Below, piece after piece: positions 8,111 to 21,100 of a stretch of DNA of 30,442 nucleotides. A model generated the notes under the pieces. The model ran no database searches. It was not told the DNA's origin and saw only the letters and a list, made by a program, of their open reading frames with translations. Each line of letters begins with the position of its first letter. Position 1 is the first letter of the stretch. The stretch spans positions 1-30,442 of IMG/VR virus record IMGVR_UViG_3300042315_000379; one strand, written 5' to 3'. This DNA is from a virus (taxonomy: Duplodnaviria > Caudoviricetes). The position numbers were made by a program, and so were the translations under genes.

Positions 8111-9127
8111 ATGGAAGATTTTGATTACTCTAGCCATATAGCCCCCCTAAAAAGAAATTATTTTAGTGGGCGTTCAAATTATAGTAGCGGCCTGTCGCAA
8201 GATGCGATTGGTCGCCTCCAAGAGCAACAGATTTTTAATCTCGAACAAAGGAATATTCAAAATCTCAAACTACGCCAAGTGTCTAACAGTTTACGTGAAT
8301 CCGAATTACGATTCGAGCAACAACGACTTGAGATTGAGAAAACAAAGAACGACGCGAGGATCGAACGGGAATCCCTAATCACTATTCCGGAAGCCACTAA
8401 GCATCTTGATGGTATCCTCAACGATCCAAACATAAGCGACAGCGAGAAAGCTGGTCGTGTCGCCGATTATAAATTCCAAAACGCCCCCCTAATCGGCGCT
8501 AGTAAATCATTCAATACTCTTCTTACTGCCGCAGAAGGTAAACTCGAATCGCGTAGGCAAGAACTGGAGCGTGTCAACCCGTTGATCAATTCTCTTGTTC
8601 AAACAGGAAATCCTGAGACCCTTAAAAGGGTTCTTAAAGATAAGAATCTACCGATGGCAGAAGACTATATCACAACTGCTGAAGCTGTCGCCGCCTCCAA
8701 GAAGGCCGAAGCTACAAGTGAACTCGCATTGAAGGAACAAGAATTTGCACGCGGACTTAAGAAAGACGAACGCGCAGCTCAGACCGCTATGGTCACAAAT
8801 TATCTAAACACACTTGAAAAAATCAAACCCCCCAGAGACGATGATCCAACCGAATTCGGGTCACTGCGCGGTGGTGAAAAAACTCCGACCATACCACAAG
8901 TAAAACAATTCAAGTTTGCTAAGGAAGACCGACTCCAACTTGAGGACATGGTTCGAACTCTCAACGAAAACGTTGATGAGGGTAGACTCTCCTCCGCTTC
9001 AGATGAAGAAGTTTATAGTGCTGCACTTGAGAGCACAACCGGAACATTGAAAAGACTTTCTGGATTTGGTTCTCAATTCCAACGAGATAAATTAGATAAG
9101 TTCCGCACCACTCCGCCTACTCAGTAA
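8111..9127 (+). CDS. Alpha-helical/coiled-coil protein, probable internal virion/ejection protein
   Basis: 338-aa ORF with Q/E/K/L/A-rich heptads, directly upstream of the giant gene. Confidence 0.7.
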   Translation: MEDFDYSSHIAPLKRNYFSGRSNYSSGLSQDAIGRLQEQQIFNLEQRNIQNLKLRQVSNSLRESELRFEQQRLEIEKTKNDARIERESLITIPEATKHLDGILNDPNISDSEKAGRVADYKFQNAPLIGASKSFNTLLTAAEGKLESRRQELERVNPLINSLVQTGNPETLKRVLKDKNLPMAEDYITTAEAVAASKKAEATSELALKEQEFARGLKKDERAAQTAMVTNYLNTLEKIKPPRDDDPTEFGSLRGGEKTPTIPQVKQFKFAKEDRLQLEDMVRTLNENVDEGRLSSASDEEVYSAALESTTGTLKRLSGFGSQFQRDKLDKFRTTPPTQ

Positions 9128-9146
9128 CAATAATAACCAATAACTA

Positions 9147-12100
9147 GTGTCTGCTATGTCAGAGCTTGATAAACTACTACGACAAGATCCTGAATTCCTT
9201 TCTATTAACGATTGGAAAAAGAATAATAATACCGGAGACGAAATCAAAAATCGTAGGAACTACGCCAATTATGTTCGCGGTGAATACGTGTCTGCTGGAC
9301 TATATGATGACCGCGTAGCTAACGAGATCAAACAGTCAACTCTCGAAAGTGCGTTTCTTGACGGAGTAATTAAACCGGATGATGAAGACGCCGAGATCCA
9401 GTTGTTTGCTCCGGAAGAACTAGATCTGGACTCCAAGCTCCAGATGGTCTTGACTAACTTGGATACCGAAGAACCAGCTTGGCAAGCGGCGTCTAAATAT
9501 CTCGCCTTCAAAAAAGCTAATCCAGAAGGTGTGGAAGTTCCAGAAGATATCCGACTCAAGGGAGAAGATTACTTTGCTGATGCTGTGATGATGGCCGACA
9601 CTGGCTACCGCAAAGCGGCAAAGAACGCCGTGCGAAGCGGAGAACTCCCACTCGCCAAAGTAAAGAACGACGAAGGCGAATACGAGATCCTCGTTTCCCC
9701 GAACCTTGGATCCATGAACATGGCTGAGGCCATACGCGCCAGCAAAAAAGGTGATATCTCATTTGCCGACGCAACAGCTGTGCAGTCGAAACTGTCTACT
9801 CCGATCGGGTTCAATGAGCCGATGTATAAGATCGAGCGATATTCACAAGCTGCTTCTGCGATCGAAACGTATTCTAAGCAGGACACACATACCGCAAAAA
9901 TCATCCAGAACTATTCTGACGAACTCGCCGCTGCCGATAAAGACGGGAGAGCACCGAAGTCATTCGATGATTATTCTTCTGTCTTACGCTACGAATTGAA
10001 TAAGAGCGGACTTCTGCCTGAAGACGAAGCCGTCACCGATGAAGAGATCTCGAAGGCGATGACACAGATCGCCTACAACAACGCTAATGCTGGCGGCAAA
10101 TTTAAACTCTACGACAATCCGGAAGAGGCATACAAGAACGTGCGTAACGTTGGCTTCCAATCGGCATTCGTGCATCCGTCAGCGATGGTAAACGACACCC
10201 TATTTAAACAATCGGTCGTCGATAACCCCAATCTTTCCGAAGACCAGAAGAAAATTATCGAAGCCCGCCGCGAGCCGTTGATTGAGCAATCCTTCGATCA
10301 GAGCAATGAGATCCTATCGAAGTCCTCAAAGTCTGACGAGTGGCTCAACGCCCTTCAGGCTGGCCGCGTTAACGGTAAAAAGAACGGCGAGATCCTCAAA
10401 GAGTTTGTATCTGATCCAGATAACTTTAATGAGATCGGGGATCGGCTAGTCGGAATCGGCGGTTCAATCATTGATGGCGTCGGCGAAATGGCAGCCGCTA
10501 TCCCGATGATGATGGGCGCTGATTGGGCTCGCGACTACATGGTTGGCAACATCAAGGAACGCAGCAACCGCAAAGAGGTCGCCCGTTTGTTTGGTGCAGA
10601 ATACGGCGTTGGTCAAGAACTCATGGAGTCGATCGCCCCGATGTTGGCCGACATGGGAGCAACAACACTTCTCGCCGGACTTACTGCTCCAGCAGCCGGA
10701 ACTGGCGGAGCGTTGTATCTCTCATCAAAGCAAGGCGCTCGTCTCACAGCAAAGGGGATGCTCAAGTCGATGACTTCTAACGCCCTCCGCCAACTCCCGA
10801 CGGAGACCGCTGAGGAGGCGGCTGAAAGACTTGTCGCTCAGAATCTTATTACGGCTTCTACTAAAGAAGCGGGCGTCAGTGGAGCGCAAGCTGCGATCAA
10901 AGGATTTAACAGCCAACTTGTAAAACAAGTCGGCATTGCTCCGGCTATCGCCCTTCCGGCTTTCAATCGTTCTGCCGGATCAACATACGCGTCTGTCTAT
11001 ACAACTCTGGAAAATAACAAAGACCTAACTCCAGAAGAAAAACACGACCGCGCCCTTGGAGCAGCTTTGACTAGCGGAACCATTACAGCCGCCATCACGG
11101 CTGGCTTTTCTGGCTTTGGGCGAAGCGGGCTTGAAGGCGCACTCCTCGGCGGAGCATCTCGCAAGCAAGTCAAAAATATCATGGCTCGTCTCGGCAACGT
11201 TGACGATATTCCTGACGAAGTATTTAATGAAGTTGTCTCAAAACGGGTTTCTGAGACGATGAAAAAATACGCATTTGAGACAAGTAAAGAGATTGGCAGA
11301 AATGCTCTCGATGAAGGCGCTGAAGAAGGACTCGACCAATTTATCAATGGATTTGTTACAGATGCCGCTACCGATGAAAACACTCCATTCCTTGAAAAAC
11401 TCGAACAAGCTGGTCGTGCCGCTTTGATTGGCGGTGTTATCGGCGGCGGTGTGCCAGCTATCAAAGCTGCTAAGAACGCAGTGTCCCAACGCAGCGATAT
11501 CGGCGCACAGATGGCCGTCGAAATCGACTTCGCTAAAGGAGTTAGCCAAAAACTTACAGAAGCCGGAAGCCCTCTTACCGCGCAAACTGTTTATGGTATT
11601 CTCACAGCTCCGAGGCGGACACGCGCCCCGATCGCTCAGACAATTCTCGAAGCGTCTCGACAGCCCGCTGTTGAAACGGTTACGGAGATAGCGGAAGAAA
11701 CTCCAGAGGTTAAAGACGCTGGAACTCCCGATATTGCTTTGACTCCGGAGCGCCTTACCGAAACCCTTAACAACTCAACTTCGCCAGAGACTGTGGCTAA
11801 GGCTATCGTCGATGAACGTGGCCAGTCACAGTTCGGTTTCGTAGAAGACATTCCTTTGAATGAAGTTGCAAAACGTGGTCGCACTGTACGTAAGCAAACC
11901 GGACCAACCGATCCGGTAACTCAACAGATGGAGTTTGATTTTAACTCTCAAAGGGATAACCAACCGCAAGATCAACTCGATCTAGGACTCGATACTACAG
12001 CTGCTGACAAGCCAAAAGTAAAAGTCAAGCGTACAGCAACTGTTAATAAGAGCGTCAAGAAAGCTGGACTAGCCGAACAACTCGGACTCGACTTTGATCA

Positions 12101-15100
12101 AGCTGCTACCGAAGAGCAGAATAACCACATCGACGCAAACTATTCGGACGAAGACCTTACCGATCAAGAACGATCAGATATCGAAGCGGAACTTCAAGGA
12201 GAGATTGGACAGTTACCAGATAACGAACGCATTCGGGCTACACTCGAACTTTTCGGAGCCCTCGAATCGGAACAGCAAGCAGCAGTCAAACCAAAGGGTA
12301 AGAAAGCCGCGAAGAATATCCCCGCCCAAGCAACGGCAGCTCCAGTAAAACCACCTATCCTTGGAACTGGTGTGGGAGCTAGAGAACCGATGTTCGCTCC
12401 AGATGAATTCATTGATGATGAATTGATCGGCCAAGAAGTGTCGGCTCTATCTCGTATCGCTACGCTCGGCTATCCTGTTCGTTTGGAGCGGAAAGCCCTG
12501 CACGGCTTACCACAACGTGGTAAGTACCCAACGGGATATCTCGTCGGAAAGTCTGACATGGCCGCGAGAAAGATCAGCGAGCTATATCCAGTTCGTATCG
12601 ATCAGAACGCCGTCGAAGCTGAGACTATCGTCAGTAAAGAAAAGGTTTCGTTCTATGACCCAAAAGTAAAAGCAGTTGTCCGGAGAACACCGAAGGCTTC
12701 GATCGACAAAAACGGAGTCGGTATCTTTAACAACGATCCCGTTTCCATGAAGCTGTTGCTCGACCGCCACATTCCGGTTGTCGTTCCAGATAGTTTTGTT
12801 CCGTCACTTAACCCTTCATTCCGTACATATTCTTACGGCAACACACGTTACTTGAGCGACATCGTGATGACCAATCCCGAAACCGGAACCGGATTCGTGT
12901 CTGTCCTTACCAAGGAAGATAAGGTTATTTCGAGCGAGCCTAACTACAAGTACTATCAAAACCTGTCCACCTTCACAGCTCTGTTTAATCCAGAAGTCAT
13001 GGACCGCACTGTGCCCGATCCGAAAGGCGGATCCGGAGAGGTTACCCTTGATAGCATTATTTATGACGCCGACCAGCTTTATATCACTGCGTCCACCGAT
13101 AGGCCAACCAGCGCATACGGAGACCCCGTTAAAGCACAGGCTACCCTACGCTCTATCCTAAAGCCGAGAAAAGGAACCCTTGAACTAGAGTTCTTTGAAG
13201 CCGCTCTTTCCGGATTAAACATGTCTGTACGCAAGGAGGCTTACTTGCACGAACTTCGCCTTGGAATGGACAAGTTCGCCGAGCGCAAGTCTGGCGAAGC
13301 AACGCCGACACTCAAGACGGATAAGATTAAAGAAGCAATCACAGACTTTGTTTCACGGACAAAGGTCGATAACAAAACAGCGGCTGTTAATATCGCTAAA
13401 GTATTCGGATCGGATATCAATCCAGAAGAACAACCAGATCTAGTACTTCAAAAGTTTATTGAAGATACCGTTCTTGTTCGCCCCCCATATATGCCGTCTC
13501 TCCGCGAGATCGGCGCAAAGGTTGGCAATGCATTTGCCGAACAACAACGGAGCCGCGACATCTTCGCACGTAAGGCATTGTTTCAGACCACTGATCCGAC
13601 AGATCTTGCACAGCTCCGCGACCAGATCGAACTTTTTGATCCCGAAGCCGAAGCGGCGGACGATACCTTCATCATTCCGAGAGAAGCGTACGAAGCTCCG
13701 GATCCGAGCATGATCGCCAAGGTATTGAAAGAAGTTGCGTTCGACGCCGCCGACGCTTTGGATACCGATCCAGAGATGCGTGCTGATGTTGATAGGCTTC
13801 TCCGCCGCACGGTGTTCAAAGGCAACAGCGCGATTGATATCACCAAACTCAGCTCGAACGATGTGTTTGGCATGCTCGCCTCTTGGATGGCTTCCGGAAA
13901 CTACAACACCAATCCGGACGCGATTAAGTTTCAACGTAGGCTTCGAGACGGAGAGTATGTGAGCGGAGACAGGCTTCGCCGCATGATGAAGATGATGTAC
14001 TTGAGTTCCAAGACCATCGAAGGCAATCCAACAAAGGACGACGCCTATGTCGATTCGATCCGCGAAAACTTGGCGAACTCCTTTGGCCGTTCGGTCTCCA
14101 AGCAAGAGGCTTCCGATTTCATCAAGGCTATCGGAGGCGCGGCCAAACCTCTTTGGTCTCGCTCCTATGTCCGTGGGGAACAAATCATTTTCGCACGCCA
14201 GCAGAACGACGCCGCCGTTGAACGACTCGGACTGAAGACCAACGATCCAGAATCCGTGATCAATGCGTTCAAAGTAATTGCCTCTACCGAAGCCGATCCG
14301 AACAAGCGTCTGCTCGCCAAGCTCCTACTGGAGAATCAAGGATACATCCGCCAAGTCGAGTTCTCTATCGACGAATCTCCGCTCGAATACTCTGGCGGCT
14401 ACATCGTCGGATCCAATGGGGTACCGATGATCTCCGTCAACTTGGACGGCCACAACGGTCGCGGGCTTGCCGATGTTCTCCTCCATGAGTACACCCACGC
14501 CTTTGTCGGGATCTCCGTTGCGAGCCCGAACGAGAACCTCAACGCCGCACAGCGCGGTTCGCTCCAACGACTCAACGGAATCCTTGAGCTGGCCCGCCGC
14601 TCTGCCGCAGACAGCAACATCACCGATCCGATTTTGCTCGACGGACTTGAGAACATTAACGAGTTCGTTGCACACTTCTTTACCAGTACAGATTTCCAAG
14701 GCTACTTGAAATCGTTGCTCCCGCCGACCAAACAGCGCGGCTTCTTTGCCCGCACGATCGACGCTGTTCTCGACATGTTCGGTCTCAACAGATCGAAGCA
14801 AGCCAACTACCAACAGGCGTTCACCGATCTCGTTGACCTCACAAGGGCCGCCGTTCTACGCGCTCCGCTGACTCCGAAGGGACTGATCAACCGTCTCGCG
14901 AATCCTGCATCCCGAACCCTGCAACAGGTTTCCGAAGCCGCTCAAGCGATACGCCAGACCCTTGGCACATCGGTAGAACAGCCGACTCAGTACGAAGTCT
15001 ACGACCGCCAGACTGGCGAAGTCGTGTGGACTGGTACACGACGCGACATCGCGAGACAGGTACAGGACAACCGCGACAACGCATACGGCGGATACCGTTT

Positions 15101-18100
15101 CGCTGTGCGCCAGACTGGCGCGGCAACGCCGACTCCGGAAACGTTGGCATCGGCCATCGATCAGGAGACAGAGGATCTGGTTTCAGGAATCGGGGCACAG
15201 GATGTGGTTTCAGCTACTACCGAAACTCCGGCAGAGTTAACCGCCAAGATCAAAGACCTTATCCGCATGGTTCGCCGTATGGTTCCTGCTGAGTTTGCTC
15301 TGGAGATCAATACCGATATGCCGTACGCCGCCGCTTTCCAAGGCGGTAAGATCTTGCTTAACCCATACGCAATGTCTGGAACTGTTGCCGGACTCGATCC
15401 GACATCGGCCAGAGGAATCGTCGAAGCAATCATGACGGAGGAAGCCGCTCACGCCGCCTCCTACAACGCGCTCACACAGCAAGAGCTTGATAACTACATC
15501 GCTACTTTGAAGGACTCGGACTTCGACGCGATCATCGACAGCTACTACCAGTCTGACGAGAAGAGGGCAGAAGCTAAAGCTCGTATCCGTTCCGAGGATC
15601 CCGCCGAAGCCGCACGCGAACGCGAAGGCATGGCCGAAGAGAAGCTCCGGATGCACTCACAAAAGGTGACACGCGGATTCACGACCGAAGACGACTACAC
15701 ATTCTGGCGTGCCAAGCCCTCACTGTTCCAGATCCTTGGACGATACATGAAGGGATTCATTAACCGATACATGGCTGGAAAGTCTCTTGCTACCATGAAC
15801 GGAGCACAGCGTGTCGCCCTTCAACGGATGGTCACAGAGGTACGCGCCATCAATGCTGGCTACCGCCTCACTCCGAACACTCTTGAGTTCGACGCACAGA
15901 ACCCGCACGCTTCGCTGTCGCAGATCGCGACACAGCTCGGCGCGGAGTTGACTGAAGCACAAGAGCTTATGCCGATGTCTGCTGTGCGTGTTCTCCACAA
16001 CGATAGCGCAGAACTTCCGAAGCCAACATCAAAGATTACCAATGCTAAAGTAGCAATCGCTTTGGCGGACGCCGCTCAAAAATATTGGGGCCGCATGATT
16101 ACCAGCACTGATATTACTGAAGAAGAAAAAGCAGAAATTATCCGTAATGGTACTCAAGAATTTATCGCCGCACTAAACGCTAGTGGCAAGAACGCCGCTG
16201 ATTGGTATTCTACGGCCATTGATATCGCAATGGAAGTTGCGGCATTGATCCATCCAGAACTGTCAAATATCGAAGCGGCTAATAAAGTACCCGCTTTCGC
16301 TGCGGCAGACAATCCAGTTCAAGCCGCTCAGTTTGCAATGCGTATGGCGTTGGCTATCACATCGCAGAACATCAATGTTAAGCAGAATACAAAGTATGCT
16401 GAAGAGCAGTTTAACATTCTCAAGCAAACCGGAAAATTCGATAGCTCAAAAATCTACGGGACAAAGGCGTTGGCTATTCAAAGTAATCTTGAGCTGGCTA
16501 ACATCTTGGTAGACTCATATGGTTACGGCGACGCAGAAGCATTTGTTCGTAAAGAGTTTACTGTTAAAGAACTTGAAGAGAAAGCTAGTGAGATTCGTGG
16601 TAAAAAAGTTACCATATCCGGCAGACAACAAGACTCTGTAAATGGAGCGGCAATCTTCGGGCCGAAAATTGGTCAAGGGTTCTTGCAGAATCTAATGTCG
16701 AATTTCGATCCCGTCACTATTGACCTTTGGATGCGGAGGACATGGGGTCGTTGGACAGGAAATGTAGTTGGAGACGGCGTTACCGATGAGCGCCTTGCCA
16801 ACCTATTGATCGGCGCAAGAGATGCAAAGATTAAGCTCCCCCCATTTGCAAGACAAATAAAGACCGTCACTCGCTACAATGTGTTGTCAACGGGCAAACA
16901 AGGAGCCCCATATCAATCTGTATCAAGCTCGGTAATTAACAGACTAGAAACCGATTTAGATTACAGAAATCAATTTAACCAGTTGGCTAAAGATCTGTTC
17001 GCTGAGTGGCAGAAACAATACAAATTGTTGAAAGACGGATCGATTAAGAGTACACAGAACGGGGAGTCTGTAAGCATTACTTACGGAAAAGTCACCAAAG
17101 AATTGATGGCCGACTACCGTTCCGGAAAGATCAAACTCGAAGATATCATCGAAGATATTAAAAAGTTTGAAGACAATCTTGATAAGCAATTTGAATTGGA
17201 AAAAGCCAAAGCAAAAAAATCTGGCGAAAAATTCAAAACAAAGATTGCCGACTGGCGATATGACGGCTACATTAACGCCGACCGGACTGAGTCCTTCTCG
17301 AACAAAGACATCTCCGAACTCAAGCCCGCGTGGGCGAGAGCCGCTGATGTCATCAAGGCAGAACTCAATCCTATCGATATTCCATCTGACCAAGACCGAC
17401 GCGTCATTACTGAAATTGTTAATGGCATACGCGCCGAGCTTGAATCGCTTGGATACGTTACAACTAACGCGGATATCCAAGCTGTGCTTTGGTATCCAGA
17501 AAAAGATCTCTGGTCTAAATTAGCAGGGAAAGAAGAGAGCAACTTAAAACAATCTTATGATGACGAATTCATTAACATCGCAACAGAGAGGGGTCTCGGT
17601 GGAGAAGCAAGACAACTTGCCGAATCCGTCCGAGCCGATCGAGCCACACGAAATAGCCAGCGGGATGACGCCCGACCAAATGAAGAGGTTTTTGCTGGAA
17701 CTCATGCCGCCTTCAAAGAAGCGAGAGCGAGCCAAATAGGAACACAACTAACACCAACAGGATATGAAAGACTTACGCCAAGCATATACGAACTCAGCCT
17801 CAGCACTGACCCTGATGCAGGACGAAGATTTGTTGAGGGAATTAGCCGAACAGCGTCCGAACACCCAATGGGCGCGGCAGTGGAAGTTAAGCCAGCAGAA
17901 TACTACAACGACTCCAACAACCGACTCTTCCTCACCGAAGACGGACTCGCCGGAGTCTCCGTAACTTCTTATGGGGATCTGGTCAGCGTGTTCAAACATC
18001 CGACCAGCAAAGCCAAGATTAAAGACATCTTGGCGGAAGCCGCTCCTTATGCTGTAACGTTGGATGCTTTTGATATTAACGGATTCTTACCAGATCTCTA

Positions 18101-21100
18101 TGCCAACTACGGATTCCGACCAGTGGCAAGGGTTCCTTTCAGCAGAGATTACGCGCCGCAAGGATGGCCTTTTGATCTTGCCGGAGAGCCAGATGTTGTT
18201 CTCATGGTCAAAGATCTCGACGGCGACAGCGGTTTGCTAGAGATCGGAGTAGACGGATACGAAGCTATTCGCGATTCGATTCCGGTTACTGATGACTACG
18301 ATGCGGCGATGGCGATGCAAGCTGCCGCCAAGGAAAAGGTAGCAGAAGCAAGAGCATCGAGAGCATCGACCCTCGCTACCCAATTCGGCGCGGCCTCACA
18401 ACTGCCAGCCGGATTCGATGCAGACGCCATCGACTACAGCAACTTCCTTGAGTCGCTTGAGATGCCATTGATGGAGGTCGGCACATACCAATCGCCGTCG
18501 AAGCTGATCGACAAGTTGCTCAAGGGCGAACTCGATCCCCGAATCCTGCGCCTTAAAAACCAACGCGACTTCTTCAACAAGGCTACCTTTGATCTCGTCA
18601 AACGATACAAGACCAAGCTCGACGCGATCATCAAGCGCGACTTCGGCGGTATCGAGAGTGCGCCGATCGATCTTATCCAAGCCGCTACCGGATCGACTAA
18701 AGGTATCGTTGTGCCGGAGGATGTCATTACGCAGATCGAAGACGACTTCACCTATGATCTCGAAGTCATCGACATGGACGACTCGCTGACCGCCGACGAC
18801 AAGATGGTGGCACGCGACATCGCGATGGCCAACCGAAACAAAACTCTTGCCGATGCAGAGAAGGCCGCCGCCGATTCGATCCGCACAAGCAGGGATCAAG
18901 CACTCGCTGATCTCGCTGTGACCTCACCGGAACTGGTTCAGCATATCGTCCAGCTTCGCACACTTACCGACGAGCTGTCGAAGAAGGTGACAGAACTCTA
19001 TGGCTTCCCGCCGGAACTCAAAGCAAAGTTCGACAACCAGCTCGGCATCTATCTGACCCGCTCTTACAAGATGTTTGACGAAGTCGGATATGGCGAGAAG
19101 GTTCTCAACGATCCAGACTACGACAGGATCCGCGAAGCGGCGATCAACTTCTTCGAGAAGCAGTTCGTCGATAGCGAAGTGAGCCGCCGTATCTCTGGCC
19201 CGAACTCTGTGCCAAGGGCACAGGCAGAGGCCGAAGCCAAACGGGAACTCGGACTCAAGACAATGGGTGGACGCTCCTACGGACAGCTCATGATGGAAGA
19301 GTTCGTCAAAAGCTACGACAAGTCTGGCGGTGCGATCTCTTCGGCCAGCTTGAGCCAGTCGCTCAAGCCGTTGCTCGACAACATCCAGATGAAGCGTGAC
19401 ATTCCGGAGCCGATCCGCAATCTCCTCGGAGAGCAAGGCGCGGAAGGCGGAGCCGACAACTTGCTCCGCTCATTGGTAACGGTAGCCACGATGGCGTCAA
19501 ACCAATCATTCCTCAACCATGTTCGGGATGTCGGTCGCGCAAGCGGCTGGCTCCTCACGGCTTCGGAGTTGAGCGAGGCACGCAAAAAGGATTACGATAC
19601 CTACAAGGATTACAAATCAGTTAGGGAGTCAACGACATCCTCTTACGATCCTATCGGAGAACTCTACGGCCCGCCGGAAATGGTGGAAGGATTCCGTAAG
19701 GTGTTCTCTCCGGACGGCGTCCGGTTCAACCAGACCGCCGCACAAGATGCTGTTGCCAAGACTATCGGCGTCGCCGCCAAGATGTCCGGCGGAGCGATGG
19801 CCGCCAAGACCCTCGGCTCGATCGGATTCTATGTCCGCAACATCGTATCGAACGCCCTGTTCTTTGCTCCGGCACAAGGATTTGTGAACCTCAAGTCGAT
19901 GTCGCAGAGCGCGTACAAAGAAATTTGGGGCAACGCACTCCGCGATCCAGACGCGATCGATGCCTACCGGACAAAGCTGATCTCCCTCGGCGTGATCGGG
20001 GATGACATTAACACCAACATCATGGCATCCATGCTTCGCGGTGGTACTTCGGACGACATCGAAACACAGCTTGACAAACTTTTGGATACCGCAAGCAAGG
20101 GACTCAAGCCCTTGAAGTGGCTGTCCGATAGGGCGCAAGTCCTGTCCGGTTCGGTCGATGCGTTCTACAAGATCGCCTACTACGAGAACGAACTCCGCGT
20201 TCTGAAGGAAGCCAGAGTGGTCGATACCGGATCGATGGCTTCGATGTCCGACCAGCAACTGGAGCGGATGGCGGCAGAGAAGGTACTGGCCACAGCGCAG
20301 TCTTCATCGCAAGCACCGCCGATCGTCCGCGAGTTCACGCAATCCGGTCTCGGACTGCTGTTCGCTCCGTTCGTCCGGTTCAAGGTTGAAGTCCCCCGTA
20401 TCATTCTCAACACATACAAGACTGCATGGGCAGAGATGAATTCGAGCAATCCGGTACTGAAGAGCCGAGGCATCAAGCGTTTCTCCGGCATGAGCCTAAT
20501 GCTCGGAGGTATCTCGATGGTCGCTCCGGCAATTATCAGCATGGTTCGCGGCATCGGAGACGACGAAGACGAAGCGTTGAGGTCTTCCGTTCCGGACTAC
20601 TTGAGGAACCACACCTTCTTCTACCGCCGCAAGGATAACGGACAGCTCCAGTCATGGGATCTTACATTCCTCAATCCGTTCTCGATCGCGGCTGATCCGG
20701 CGATGCGTTCGCTCGAACTGATCTTCAAGGGACGGCCAGCAGATGCCGCCGCGAAGTTCATCGAGACCGCTATCTTTGACCAGTATCTCGACGATCAGAT
20801 CTTGTCGTCCGCCGTTCAGAGTCTGCGCGACAACGAGAACCCAACGACGGGCAAGCCGATCTACGAACCCAAGCTGGACAATGTCGGGATCTCATTACTC
20901 AAGTCGGCTACCTTCTTGTTTAAAGAAGCGTACCAACCTTCGGTCGTGAAGCGTGCGATCGAGTCCTACCAAGCGGTCGGGGCAGACTACACAGAGTTCG
21001 ATGACAGCCCGATCGGAATCCTCATGCGTGAGTTCTATCCGGTTAAGCCGCACAACATCGAACTTGACAAGCAACTTCGCCGCTATCTTTCGGAGACCAG

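Noticed and set aside
18213-18227. DLDGD in the giant protein, resembling the DxDGD motif of multisubunit RNA polymerases
   Set aside because: It follows directly on the last strand of the GNAT-like module, lacks NA/GxDFD context, and no other RNAP motifs were seen.
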